From Camelus dromedarius (Eukaryota): 64,000 nucleotides of DNA. Shown here one piece after another: positions 25,681 through 38,929 of this stretch (position 1 is the stretch's first letter; every line of letters begins with the position of its first letter). A program made the position numbers and the translations under genes. The notes under the pieces were generated by a model. It did not search any database and was not told the origin of the DNA. It saw nothing but the letters and a program-made list of their open reading frames with translations. The stretch lies in NCBI RefSeq assembly GCF_036321535.1, contig NC_087436.1, positions 55,430,001 through 55,494,000 on the forward strand. The letters are read 5' to 3'.

Positions 25681-26159
25681 GAAGTATAAATCTATTTTTC
25701 ATGAGTTCTTTAAATTAATATCTAAGTCTTCTGAATATTTTAATGCATTGAAAAATGAAATGGCACTGTCCCTATAAAATTGGTGCTTACAGAGTAATAG
25801 GATGAGACAGTGCATATTAGAATAATTTCCGGACAAGGCAGAATTCAGTGGGTGTTATTGTTTGGTGGGATCAAATTGTATGACAGTTGAGAGAAGGGGA
25901 ACTATTAGGGGAGCCTCAAAGAAAAGATATTTGAAGTCAAAATTTTAAAAGTGGATATAATGACCAAAAGTAAGCAGTCTAGGCAAAAAAAAAAAAAAAA
26001 AAAAAGAGAAGCAAAAAGGAGGGATGCAAAAACTTCAGCGTGTGCATTAACAATGGCTATGTCTAGGTGGGATGACCTTAGGCTATATTAAGAATGAAAC
26101 AAATACCTCTTTATATAAAGTGAGGGCATATTAGGGAATTAAGAGCAACCTTAGTAGAA

Positions 26160-26681
26160 TCTGTCTTTCTTCGTGGTGTTCAGCTTTTGAAACCCTTCCT
26201 ATATGTGGAGAATCCACTGACTTGTGAAGCAAAGCACACATCCAACTCTAGAAATGAAAAGTGTTAGAGAATTGCTTTCTGTGTTTCTCCTGAATGTGGA
26301 GCTCAGGTACAGGGTGTAGGGCAACCAGATGGCTACATCCCAGCTCTTTAATCTGAAGTGAATGACCAGCTAGGTATGGTAGCAAAGAGGTCAGCTAACA
26401 TTTATTTTCCAAAGTTATCCGCAGGTTTTGCTCCACTGACAGCAACCATTTTTCAGTATTGATGGTATCAAAGCAATATCACTGGTATCTTTGACGAAAG
26501 GTTTTAGCAACATAATTTCAAGAACTTTTTTCCCCAAAATGTGTGACATCCAGATATGATTCTCAAGCCCTGCCATAGATTCTGAGTTTCTCAATATCCT
26601 TCCAAGGAAATGCATTTCAGCTAAGAATCATTCAGATTTCTGCTTCCTAAGGCCTGTACCTAAGAACTTTGACTTGTATAC
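26160..26681 (+). mobile_element. Ancient ERVL/MaLR-type solo LTR (LTR16/LTR79-like)
   Basis: The 3' end GAGTTTCTCAATATCCTTCC...CTAAGAACTTTGACTTGTATAC resembles old ERVL LTR ends. Confidence 0.45.
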
Positions 26682-26859
26682 TGGTACCAGGAGGTTTCAA
26701 TTTTAAACAGTTGAAAAATCAACAATCATTTAAAATATTTTAAGTAGGCAATGTTCTGGAAATGTGAATTAGTAAGATTAATCTAGACACAATTTGTAAT
26801 CATCATAGAAGCCAAAAGAGGCTTGAGGCAGTGATACAAGAAGGAAAAAAATAGAAGAC

Positions 26860-27200
26860 AATATGTACAGGCATTTCACAGAAAAAGTGACACAAATTAC
26901 TTATAAGCATATGAATAGATGCTCAGTCTTATTTATAAATAATAAAATGCAAATTTAAACAACAATAAGAGAACAGATTGGCAAATAATAAGGTATGATA
27001 ACAGAAGGGTTGGAAGAGTGTGGGGAAATAGCATTTTCATACATTGCTAGTTAAAGATTATATTGTTTCGGCTACTTTAGAAATGATTTGGAAATATATT
27101 TGCGTGCATGAATGATAATTTTTGGACTGATCCACATAAAACTGTGGTAATAGAAGGAATGGAGTATTTGTGCTGGCAGAGAACTTCAAATTTCATTACA
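26860..27200 (+). mobile_element. Old L1 ORF2 3' fragment
   Basis: ACAGGCATTTCACAGAAAAAG...ATAAGCATATGAATAGATGCTCA...AATGCAAATTTAAACAACAATAAGA. Confidence 0.8.
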
Positions 27201-27469
27201 GTTTATTTTTTACTGTGAATAAGAATTATTTTGATAACCAGCCAAACCAAAAGAAAAAAAAAAAAAAAAAAGGAAAGAGTTAAGGCCAAACATGAAGGCC
27301 AAACATGAAGAACAACTTGAATAGGGAAGAAAACCACCTGAAAGGAAAGGACAGAATCAAAATACCAAAGAGAAAACTGCCCTGGGAAATGATTAGATAC
27401 AGGAAGTGAAGAGCAGAGAGAAGTCAAATGCTATACAATCACGTGGAGACGAGGTAATTGAGAAAAATA

Positions 27470-28085
27470 GAATTACCATAAACCAAATAGGAGAAATTAG
27501 AAAAAATAATTGTTTTAATGAATAAAATAGATATCATTTAAAACATGTTGTGTTTGAGGCATCTTCCAGGGTATTCAGCTAGATATCACAACAGAGAGTT
27601 ATAGACTGTGGACTAGATCAGTCAAGAGATATCAAGGTTCAGAGATTTAGGAAGTACTCACAAAAATGGGATGGTTGTAACTCTGGGACTGCCAAAGAAG
27701 AGAGGCCAATAAAGATGAAAAGCAGCACGACCTTGAATCTTGTAACACAAGTACATTTGGGCAGTAGTGAAACAGGAAGAGTCCGTAAAGAATAAAAGAG
27801 AGGAATAGGCTATGTGTAAAGAGAAACAGCAGAATAGTATGTGTTCATCGGACCCAAGGGAATAATACAATTTTAGGAAGACAGTCAGCTGTGTGGATGG
27901 TTATAGAGAGATTGATAGAGGATCAGACTGAGAAAGGGTCACCTGATTTTGTGATTAGATGGTTGGTTTCCAGTTAAGCAGTGGTAGATACCTGACTGCA
28001 AGCAGTCTCAATCAATGTACAGGACAGTGGGGAGAGGAACAAAAAAACCTACTCTTTTGAAAGGTTACTCACAAAAGGAAAGGCA
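27470..28085 (-). mobile_element. L2 fragment
   Basis: AAACATGTTGTGTTTGAGGCATCT...GAGGATCAGACTGAGAAAGGGTCACCTGATTT. Confidence 0.65.
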
Positions 28086-30954
28086 AAAAGAAATAAAGGT
28101 AATTCAAGGAATTAGAAGAGATTTAAAATAAAACTTCTCAATAGCTATATGTGCTTATCTCCTGTGAAGATATATTGTTTTATATTCAAAGGTTGGTCTT
28201 TTTTTTTTTTTAACAATAAAGGAAGACACAGGAAGCCAACATTTGGAAGACAGACTTTAATAGATGGGAAACATTACTATTTTTTGTGCAATTGAATCTA
28301 GGTATGCTTGAGAGTGGGTCCTGAGTGATGCAGTTTAAATGCTCCCCCCCCCCCACTTTGGGTAAGACCAGAAGTTAAGGGGTGATAAGGGTGTGTGGCA
28401 TTCCCTAGCCTTAGTGGGAGTCCTTAACAGGGAATTATTAAATATTTTAAAAAACGCTCTACTTTTATATCTATCTTCTGTAATATATGAAACCTTACTT
28501 AAGCTGTGCTGACATCTTCTAATTGGTCTCAATTGTGCTACAGGGAATTAAGAGAAGGGTTCTGTATTTTCTTTTTGGGTAAAATAGAGGAGCATTACTC
28601 TGCTGAGTTCTGTGCATCAGGGATCCATCAGAGATGGACCTTCTAGCCCTCTTGCCTCTAACTGCCTTGCCCAACAGCAGTTAATATCTAAGATATCCCT
28701 AAAAGGGGACAATGGTTGGGTCTCTGAAGCCTAGACAGCTCTCCTCCACATGAAAAAAATCCTCCCTTCATTGCTGTGGGATACCTGGATTTGATTTCAT
28801 TTATACTGTCAGCTGGTGCATTATAAGATAATAGAAAATCTGAGAAGTTTTATGAGTGTAGCAAGATCTAATAGGTGTACTAAAATAACTTAAGAAGTCA
28901 CTAGTAGAAAATTGGAAGAGATATGCTGAATATAAGATGACAGCAGGTTTCTTTTTTTAGTGGCAATGACTTTTTTTTCTGTACTTTTTATCTCCAAATG
29001 GGTAGGAGAATATTTTTAGCTATTGTGAAGACATCACGAGGTAGTCACCTCCTGACCAGTGATTACAGGATATGAGGTTAGCTAGTAAAAAATTTGGCAC
29101 TCAGATTTATTGAGAGGGCATTGATATTTTCTTGATTCAATAAGATGCCACCTACAGAGTTGACAGATTTGGTCAGCTTCATCAAAATCTGGGCAGTTCC
29201 TTGGAGGAAAAAGTAATCTGTCAGATCAGTTACTTGTAATCCAATCAATCAAAAACTGGCTATGTGCCTGAAATTTTCAATTTTTAGTGTTCCCTTTTGG
29301 CATTATGCAGGCATAACTATCAACAGCATCTTTTGCTTATTCAAGATAATAGTTAATTTTACTATACTTCATATATATTCCCTGATCTCTATCTTCACAA
29401 AATACGATAGAAATCAAATCATATAAGAGAAAAGAGCATTTTATTTTTTTAAAGCACTTCATTTCTAACCCTTAAGATGACTCTGTTTGTAGGGAAGAGC
29501 TATATTTAAAATGCCATCTTTATGAATATTCAGCTTAATTCAGGTTAAGCTTTACCATTAGGACAAGTGAAGCAGAATGCTGACTATACCATGAAAACAC
29601 TTTTGAACACTACTTTTTTGGGAATGCCATATGTAAAGAGTGAATGTTAACAAGCAGTTGGGCAAGTAGCATTTTTTTCCTGTCAAAAGTGATATACTTT
29701 TTATATCTATATTATTCCTGTGCAGTCCTTAAAATGACTGCAGTGAGAAAGCTTTGAATGCTCATTTACCAGAGACAGGAATACACATTTATATCCATGG
29801 TACTTAAAAAGTACATTTTTTTCCTGCTACAGTGACACATTATAATGATGTCAAGGTCCTGAAAAAAGAGCATGACATTAACAAGATGGAAGGCTAACTT
29901 AATGGAAGTTCCATTGATAAAATGCCATCCTCACAAAGCTAGTAATTGTTCTTTGGCTATTATACTCTTACCAAAGAAGCAATATATCAGATGCCTGCTC
30001 ATCTAGGCATAATTCTGAAAGATTCTGAGACACTGCAAGTTGTATATCACTAAACTGTAGAACATTAAAGGCAACTAACTTATTCATTAATTATTGTATC
30101 TTACTGACTGGACTCAAGATTATGACAGAAAATTTAATCATTAAAAACCTCATGCATAGTTATTTGAAAGTGTTGTTTTCTTTAAAAGTGAAATACATCT
30201 CTGGGGAAAAAGTCAAAGATTCTACTTCTCATACACACATTAATAACCAAATAGCATTGGATTGCAAAATTCCTAGTACTCAGATTATGTTTGTGTTTTA
30301 TTATAAGTTTCTAGATCCTCACAAGAAGCTGAATGTAATTATGCAGCGTAAAAATGCTCATCATAATAGCAGACAAGTTAGCTTTAGGGTGACTATATTT
30401 CAATTAAAGTTGAAATTAAGACTTTAAAATTAAAAATATGTGATTTTGGTATTTTTTGTTTCATTATCTGCATGACCATCATTCAAGTTCTTGTAAACCA
30501 TGTTTTTGCTGCTCTCTTTTCCTTGGTCACTGAGTTACTGAAGTTAGCTTTTGTGCTACCGCCTATCCCAAGACTTGCCTGTGATTATTACTTGCAGTCA
30601 CAGAGAACACTTACAGCTGACTGAGCATTTATAGCATCATAGAAACAGAGATTTGTTCAATGTGGTAAAATTTCTCTAGGTACCTCATGCCCCTCCCCCC
30701 CTCGCATTTAAAATTCAACACCAAGTATCAAATAGTAGATTGTATACAAGAATTTACAGCATGCACCATAGCAAATCATTCCCTCAAGGAAAGGAGGAAA
30801 AAAGGCATAAGAAAATGATCAAATGTTCTTAAATCTCTGAACCAAGGATCTCTTCTTTATCCACTTTGCTTATATTGCTAGTATTCATTCATTCCACAGT
30901 TACTGATCAACCCCTGACCAAACAGCACAATGTGAAAGGCACAGATACAACTTG

Positions 30955-31360
30955 TCTGCAGTTGTTTCTCTGATAAGCAGACTTTGAGTCAAGGGTTTGA
31001 GGGAACAAAATGGGCAAAGAAAGATAGGGAAGGAAAGGAGTCAAGCAAAGGTGTAATTTTAGGTGAAGTCTCAGCCTGTCCCCAAGGGTAGGGTCTCTGG
31101 AGTGGTCACCTCTCAGATGAGGGAGCTGGGATTCCCTCCCTCGCTCCCTCAACGTAACCAGGAGAATCAGTCAGTCATCGCCTTCTGGCCTGTCTGCACC
31201 TGCAGAAAATAAACTCCAAAGGACTTGTTACCTCTACCTGGACATGACACCTTGAAGCACCCAGACCGTGTTCTGAAGGTCACAGCAAGAGACACAGGTG
31301 CTGGGAATGGGTGCCCAGGCTCGGAGAGATCCGGGTGGAGTCACTGTGGTGTCAGCTGCA
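30955..31360 (-). mobile_element. Ancient ERVL LTR (LTR33/LTR16-like)
   Basis: AAGCAGACTTTGAGTCAAGGGTTTGAG...GGAGTCAAGCAAAGGTG...AAGTCTCAGCC resembles the reverse strand of the LTR33/LTR16 group. Confidence 0.45.
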
Positions 31361-33634
31361 CAATTCTAAGAGGAAACAGTACTTGTACTAAGATGATTTT
31401 ACAATGGGTTTGATTTTAAGAAGCAAGCCAAAAAGTAAAAAGTTTCTGGATACTTAGAACAGCTGCTGATAGACCAGAACTGACATAAGATGATCACACA
31501 CAAGGCATGCCTATACCCAGCGGTTTACAAACGAATGGTATCTGGCCTATGGCAAGCTCATTTTCATAGTTGCTAACTCTTGTCCTCAATATCACCCAAA
31601 TATATTTCCTTTTTTTAAAAACGTCTCCATAAATGTATATGGATAAGAGCCATTTTGGAACTGTACATGCAAAACCCATATGGCTAAAGGCTGCTAAGTG
31701 CCTGGAAGATTATCCTGAGAAGTTCTGCAGTTAGTTTTATATTCACTACACTAGTGTTAGTTTTGTAATTGTAAAATTGAGTAAGAGTAAATGGAAAGAG
31801 ATAAAAGGTGTTATAACTACCCCTTAATTAGTATGCTTTAAATGAATTTGAATCTTTGTAATTAGATACCAAGTTATTTCATGGAAAATAGATGACAAAA
31901 GAAAAAAATGTTCTCTGATATTGAGACTTTTTTTTTTGGCAAAAGCTGCTCAAATAGAAGTGTTAGCCAACTGGCTAAGCACCCATCTGCTGGGCAGATA
32001 ATAATTCTGATTATGTGCAACCACAGCAGATATCCATTGTAAGACATTAAGTTATTTATTAGTCTATATATGTTGGCTTCTGTCCTGATTACATTAAAAA
32101 TATTGCAGTGTAAAAGACACTTTAATAAAAGCTCGACAATACTTGTATTCATGCCAAATAATTTTCTTAAGATAGTAAAGTCTTTAAAGAGACATCTTGA
32201 AGGAATTGGTGTAAGGAAGTTTACTTTTCTCTTTACGTATGGAAGGGTAGAAGAGGCTAAGAGTGACCTTACCATATGCAAAAACGTGCCCTCATTTTCA
32301 AAATAATAAAACTTGATTAGGAAAGGAAATTTCTCTTCGGAAATATGTGCATACCTGAAAATTAATTTACTTTATGGAATTTTCTTACATAGTTTTAAAC
32401 AAGGTACCACTTGAATTCAGGTTTAGTCACTGTTAATCTACATGTTTAAAGCTGTGAGAAAACACAAGTTCTCTGACAAGGATGTGTGGCAAGACAAAGT
32501 ATTCATTATATCCCGGCTGTGTATGAAGAAGATGGATTGAATTGATCCCTCCTGGTAATTCTCATCATTAATACAGTGAATGATGATGTCTGGGAACAGC
32601 TACCTATAGTCAGACTCTCAGGCTTATTTCATTGCAGAGCCAGTAAACTCAATTTTCATGTTTAGCTCACCTGGACAGTAGGATAAAAATCATACCTTGT
32701 TAATGGAACTGTATTATCTATAAACTAAAGTTTAAAACAGTTGTTTCAGATAAAATGTGCAGGCCCCAATCCCACCCAGTTTACCCAAGCGTGTGAAAGT
32801 GGAGTGGAAAATAAAGAGAACAATTGGATGTGCAACCTGAGCAAGGCCATTAGGCTTACTGTGGAGTTATTTTGCCATGTTTCTCAGTTACCTATAAATA
32901 GATCTGAAATCAGCATCACCAAATAATATGAGTGATTATATGCAAATTACTAAGTAGGCAGTAACTGGGCTTCCCGCCTACTGGGATAGTACAGGAGGCA
33001 AGCAAGCCAGACCTGGAGGTGCGAGTTCTCCCAGCAGCTCTTGAGCTTAGCAGAAAGCAGGTTAACGGGCCCTCTTGAAGTTACAAATACTTCATTCTTT
33101 CATGCAGTACTTCTTTCTAAATACATTTTGCAAAATACCACAGCAGGCAAGTGATTGAGTTTCAGACATCTTACTCCTTCAGAGATGATATAATTTTTAG
33201 GACCATTAAGGTGATGTAAATAACCTGTCCTTAGGTTTATTGATTTATTCCCTTTTAAAATAGTTGTTCTGTGCCAGTCATTCCATGTAATTATCACTGT
33301 CTGTAGTTATGCATATTTTCCTCTAAAACGTTAACATCATCTGAATGAAATAAGGGAGGCAACATAAAAGGAAGGTTATTATTGATAAAGGTTTTAAGGT
33401 AAATGTATGGGCTATCATGTAATTTTTAATATATACATCGACCAGAATAATTTTGGTAATGGAGCCATTAAAATCATAGATTTTTAAACATTTTTACCCC
33501 CAAAAATGATAATTTCCTATGAGTCAATATAAGCCTTATTTAGCATGCGCTCTAGTCAAGGTGAAGGTAACAAAACTTTCCAGAGTTGCTGTTTCTAGGT
33601 TTCTTAGTTTTCTAGAATGTTTAGAATAGAAACT

Positions 33635-33754
33635 TAATAATAGTAATTACCATTATCATTATTGATAATAGCAGTGCTTTATAGAGTGCTATGTTATGCC
33701 AGACACTGCCCAAAAGTTTTACATGAATTGTTTGATTTTATTTATAAAACACCC
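33635..33754 (-). mobile_element. MIR 3' fragment abutting the ERV
   Basis: TTTATAGAGTGCTATGTTATGCCAGACACTG...TTTTACATGAATT. Confidence 0.65.
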
Positions 33755-33961
33755 ATAGGAAAAGATTAAATATATACTGGACAGACCACATGATCAGACT
33801 ATATGTGCACATACTCTGACCCACAAACTTGGTAGCAACCAGCCCAGGAAGCCAAACAACAACTTCTGTAGCAACTGGCTCAGAACCATAAGGATGTGGT
33901 CAGCGACTGCCAGCTTCCCCATACTTTGCCGTGCTTCCAACTCAGGACCAATCAGACTGTT

Positions 33962-35020
33962 AGTGGCATATCCCTACTCAAGGAGGGCTCTCCTGACTCA
34001 GCCCAACTGGCAGAATTGGTGGCATTGTGCCTGGCTCTACAATATAAAATGGGACTCTGAAGGGCACACATTTTTATGGAATCCTGGGTGCTGGCCAGCG
34101 GGCTTGCAGTCCAGTCTGGACAATGGCAAAGAATAATTTCATGATTAAGGGAAACCCTGTCTGGAAATCTCCATTTGGAAAGAGAGCCAATTCACACATG
34201 CTGATTGTGGTCACTCACATCTCTGGACACACATGCCAACAAACCCCAAAAGCACATGGTAATACCATAGACTCCTTATCCAAATTACATGTGTTCTGAG
34301 GCCCCATATGTGCCACCTCCAGAATACCAGACACAGCTCCAGACACCACTATTCCTACAGAGATGCTGTACCCACTGACAGGTGGACTCATGTTACATCA
34401 GGCCATAGGAGAGTGACAACACTCACTGACTGGGCATGCAGGTACAGCATACCCTTCACCCCAGCTCTAGCCAAAGTGGTAAACAATTGCCCCCTCTGCT
34501 CCCAAACAAAACTCTGGAAGGCTCCCAAGTGGGGACATCTGTCCCTGGGGGCAGATCCTACTAGGGAGGCAAACTGGTTTGATCAGGCTGCTGCTGCCCT
34601 CTAGTGGAGCTCTGAGGTATGCAGTCCATACCGTGACTCACCCATTCCCTCACTGGACTCCTGCTGGCTGCTCCCTCCAGAAGTGCTGCCTCCACCATAT
34701 TCCTCAAGCTTTTAAACTATAACTGGTTCCCCAAATGGACAGGAATTTTACCCCAGGCTCTAATACTGCTCAATTTCCAGGCCTCGGGGACTCCAAACCC
34801 CTGACACCACCTAGAGGTCTTCTCCAAGGCTCCTTGTTGGTACTTGTAGGGAAACTGCACTCATTTGTCATTAGGGAGATTGTCACTCACATCCTCTTAC
34901 CTTACCATTTTCATCTCATCATCTTCTACACATTGGCAACCCAATCAATGGCAGATTTTGCAATATAGCCCTCTTATAATAGAGAGCCCAAGAGGACGAA
35001 CCCTACTGAATTGCTTAGAG
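33962..35020 (+). pseudogene. pol: Decayed retroviral pol: RNase H and integrase
   Basis: RNase H motifs: from 33962, SAQLAELVAL...*RAHIFMESWVLASGLAVQSGQW; after a frameshift, IKGNPVW...VVTHISGH...GN. Integrase HHCC finger: ORF 34308-34604, WTHVTSGH...CPLCSQ. Integrase core: LLPSSGALRY...TGLLLAAP. Multiple stops and frameshifts. Confidence 0.88.
34593..34608 (-). promoter_or_regulatory. Consensus CTCF motif (occupancy unknown)
   Basis: The minus strand reads TCCACTAGAGGGCAGC, a full match to the CCASYAGRKGGCRS core. Confidence 0.5.
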
Positions 35021-36879
35021 ATCATGATTATTTTTTGATCATATTGTAGATTTTATTGGCCCAGATGATGACCCAATACCAGCCACAATGGTAAGGTCAC
35101 CAGCTTTGCCTCACTATTTTGGTTATAAAGATTATCTTACTAAACAGAGTTCATGAAAAATTTTACAAAAGATTGAAATTATAACTTCAGGACCCACTAG
35201 CAGAACTGTGTGGATCTCAGAGAGAGAAAGAGGCCCCCTGCCTAGTGGATGCAGGTCACATTGGGCAATGAAATTCAAACAGAAACCCTGGGACCTACAG
35301 CCACCATCATTAGACATGGGTCAGGCCCCTACCCAACATTCAGGAAAGAGGTAAATGACATCTTGGTCCGAAGAAACTACACTCCAGCTCTGGTCAGTAT
35401 CCAGATTACTCGCTGGAAAAGGAGGCCCCTACAAGCTACTCAATGCAAAGGGTCTCCTTTGTTATATCTGTTACTCTTACTGAGTAAACCTGGATAATGG
35501 AGTTGCTAGTAGACTCCTCAGCCTACCCACGTCTCAGGAGATGTGCTGGAACAAAATCAGCCAGGTTTGCAACCGTACCACAGGATGGCTGAGCACCAGG
35601 TGCCGGCTGGCCCTTTCAGAAGGACTGCAGCCAGTGCGCCCCAGGGTGTGGATTCTGTCCCAGGCCTCACCTCTGCTCTGCAAAGTGATTGCTGTGCCTG
35701 ATGCCAAGGCATCACAGAAAGAATTGTGGAGAGTTTAGCTAAGTCACGCCATAGCTTTGCTGCCTGGCAACCCTCTTCTTTGGCTAAGTGGTCTGCGGAG
35801 GCCTCGAACTGACACTGGCCCTCTCAGACAAGTACACGCCCTACATAACAATCCCTGGAGTCATAAGCAAACACGGATGTTCCTGATACGACTTGCCCAA
35901 GGGCCCTTGTGATCAACAGTCTCCCCCACCTCCCAGGGTTTCACCTTGTGTGCCTCTTAGGTGAGACCCCCGTGGAGCCTAACAAAGCCCCAGTCTTTTT
36001 AGTTTGAATTGATCGATTTGACCTTTGCCTGGGAACCCCAAACTTCTCCACCCGCTGACCCTAAGAAAGTCATGTGCCCCAGGTTATACACTCTTTGCCT
36101 TCACCCTGTTTTGACCTTCCTGTGTGGCATCTTGTGGCTTGCTGTATACTTCCTCAAGGATCTGTGAGTAATAAACTTTACTATTTTGATTTCTCTTGTG
36201 GTCTGTTGAACCCTAGCTCACCATGGGGCATCCTGTGCTTCACTTAACAAACATTAATTTAACAAAGTCACAACACCTGTATAAAACCATGATTGTTAAA
36301 GGCAACTTTCCCTATCTATTAGGAAAAAAAATAACCTGTAGACAAGTAGAATTGGAAAATATGATCATATTTACAGCTCTAGGTGCAATGTGAGCAGAAG
36401 AAAAGACAAGGCAAAACAAAACAAAACAACAAAAACAAACAACCTTGCCCTGATAATTGCTGTACTTATATGGGCCAGAATTAAAATTATGTATCTCTAG
36501 CTTTCTCCTCCTCCCAAATGCCAAGGATTAATTTAATTTTTTTCTTATTATTATTTTTCTACTTGTAAGTTTCCTGCACAAGCATAGAAATCCTAGGAAA
36601 AGGCGCTCTGCAGCCAGATGACAAATACTTTCTACAAAGTGCAAAACAAAATAGCTCTCACTAAAAAGACATATAAATTAAAAACTAGAAAAGTAAAAGT
36701 GGGTAAAAGCAAACCATACAGTGAAGTTCAGCAAAAGGGAAATGAATGCATTGAAATTGTAAGATTTAGACAGAAACATTCCATTGTTAAAATGTTTAAA
36801 TAAATGAAAAATAAAAAATTATATCAAATGAAAAGGCTCACATCAAATTCTCAAAACTTCAGAAGTTCCTTGATTACTC

Positions 36880-38780
36880 AGTGGACAGGGTAGGAGGCAT
36901 ATTAGACACCAATGAAGAAAAAATTAGTGAACTGGTAGGTGTTAATAAATAAACCTGAATGCAGCTCAAATAGAGATGACAAGTATAAAAAAGAGATTAA
37001 GAGACTCTGAAGGAAAAAAGAGCTGGCACATATTTAAACTGAGTTTGGCATATACTAAATAGTCAATTAATAGTTATTGAGTACCTAAATAAAGGAATAG
37101 AAAAAATGGGAGAGAAGCAATAATCAAAATAGATTATTTTAGGCTCATATTTTTAAATTTCATTTATTTAAAAAGGCATACATTCTCAGATTCCAGAACC
37201 TGATTTATCCTAAATAGAAGAGTAAAAAAAAAAAAGGAAAAAAATCTTCAGTAAAGTTTTTTATGACTTCAGTAGAAACAGATTTCTTAACTAGATTACA
37301 AAACAACATTATAAGGGAAAATGTTAACAATTTTAATTATATTAAAAATAAACCAGTTAAGACTGTATTCTTCAAAAGATATACAGATATTGAAAAGACT
37401 TACCCCAAACTGGGTGCTATCTGCACTAATAAAACTGACAAAGTAGTATTCATGACACAAAAGAATACTTATTAATTAATAAGAAAAAAAATCTAAGTAG
37501 AAAAATGGGCCAAGCAGGATTTTCTGTGAACAGGATTTTCTGAGAAGCAAAAATATCAAAAAGATGATCAACTTAATTAGTATTGAGAGATTTAAAAAAA
37601 AAACTAAATTAATATATATTTTTAAACACATGAAATTGCTAAAATTAGAAGTCTGACAATATAAAGGACTACTGAGGATGAAGTGCAGTGAAAATGATTA
37701 TATACTGTTGGTGAAAACATAGCCCAGCAACCCCCTCTTAGAAATATATCCTTGAAAACTCTTGCATTCATGAACCAGCACACACGTAAAACAATGTTTT
37801 CAGCAGTATTTTCAATGGTACAAAAATCTGGAAACTATTCAAACATCTAACTAGTGAAGAATAAATTGTGCTGTACCAGCTCCTGAGGGACAAGTTTTCA
37901 TAGGTTGTTTATGCTTCTGCACATCGTATGAGGAAGGCACTTACCACTCTGTTCTGGACTAGCTTTTCAAGAATGTTTATATAACCAAAAACCTTGGAAT
38001 ATATAGCATTTTCCTCTGAAACAAAGAGAATATTTGTTTACAACCAAGAAAGAGAGAGAGAGTGTCTCCTTCCAGAGCAAAAGGCAGGCCTGCTTAATGT
38101 CCAGAAAAATACCTCCCTGCACAGCTAAGGGCAAAAATGTGAATCACTCATTGTAAAAGATTTGTGTTCCTAATCTCAGCACTTCTTTCCTGTAACACAA
38201 TCCACTGTGCATGCAAATGTCACCTGGCCCTCTTCTTGTCACCCTGTGGAAACTGGGGCTTGGGGTACAGGGCAGAGATGCTGATTCTCCTGTTTTTCAT
38301 ACGTGAGTAATAAGGTTCTCTGTCTCCAATCCTAGAAGTTTCATGTCTTCTAGCAGCATTCATAAAACTGTGACAAGCAAACTGGTTAGCTTACAAGGAG
38401 AATTAAATCTTGCGCCTTTCAGAATTCTTGATATTCATATGACGGATTAAGTAATAGAATGTAATCTATTCCATCTATATGAGTCAACAGGGATGAATGA
38501 TAAAAGCACTTTATTGAAGCAAAACCGTAGGTTATCTAAAAGTATGAATCCTTTCATAGAAAATGAAGTAGGTAATATACCATTCAGTTGTACATACAAA
38601 AAGAGTAAACCTATTTTAAAAAGCATGCAACTAAAATCAGATAGTGGGTTCTTCTACTGGGGGTGTTAGGAAAGAGCACGTGGTATAGAGTAGGTGCAAT
38701 CTCTGATGGGCACATAGATGTTTCAAAAGTGTTGGTAAATCATCTTCTTTCTGTGGAGTAGCAGGTACATGGGTATTCAT
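36880..38780 (+). mobile_element. Old fragmented L1 (ORF1-like piece, ORF2 3' end, 3' UTR), interrupted by an LTR
   Basis: ATTAGACACCAATGAAGAAAAAATTAGTGAACTGG is ORF1-like, followed by AGTAGAAAAATGGGC. ATAAATTGTG resumes as ATATTCATA after the LTR. Confidence 0.7.
37872..38433 (+). mobile_element. ERVL solo LTR (MER76/MER77-like)
   Basis: 3' end GTGAGTAATAAGGTTCTCTGTCTC...GCAGCATTCATAAAACTGTG...GTTAGCTTACAAG...TTCTTGATA. Confidence 0.7.
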
Positions 38781-38798
38781 TTTCTTTGCTTCTTTAAA

Positions 38799-38834
<36 letters not shown>

Positions 38835-38845
38835 TTTTTTTTTTT
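38799..38845. repeat. Compound (CT)n(AT)n(T)n microsatellite
   Basis: Directly visible. Confidence 0.95.
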
Positions 38846-38929
38846 CAAACATTCTTTGATATGTTTGAGAGCATAGTTAACATTTAAAAATATAGGAAGA
38901 ACTAAAGGAAAAGAAATGGGAAAAGAAGG

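Larger units (their letters stand above)
33755..36275 (+). mobile_element. Internally deleted ERV (class III/ERVL-like): LTR fragment, pol remnant and 3' LTR segment (MER73/MER74-like)
   Basis: LTR-like 33755-33956 (GCAACCAGCCCAGGAAGCC...CAACTCAGGACCAATCAGA) is followed by pol motifs. The 3' LTR has TGTGAGTAATAAAC at about 36164-36177 and ends AACAAAGTCACAACA. Confidence 0.75.

Noticed and set aside
27282..27310. Short tandem duplications (13 bp here; 16 bp at 37515-37546)
   Set aside because: Ordinary replication-slippage products with no associated structure.
31874..32281. Longest ORF in the track (135 aa) as a gene
   Set aside because: No recognisable domain, composition typical of AT-rich non-coding DNA, and no convincing splice signals.
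34308..34604. Intact or domesticated integrase gene
   Set aside because: Only the HHCC part is in frame. Neighbouring RNase H and core segments are in other frames, with stops.
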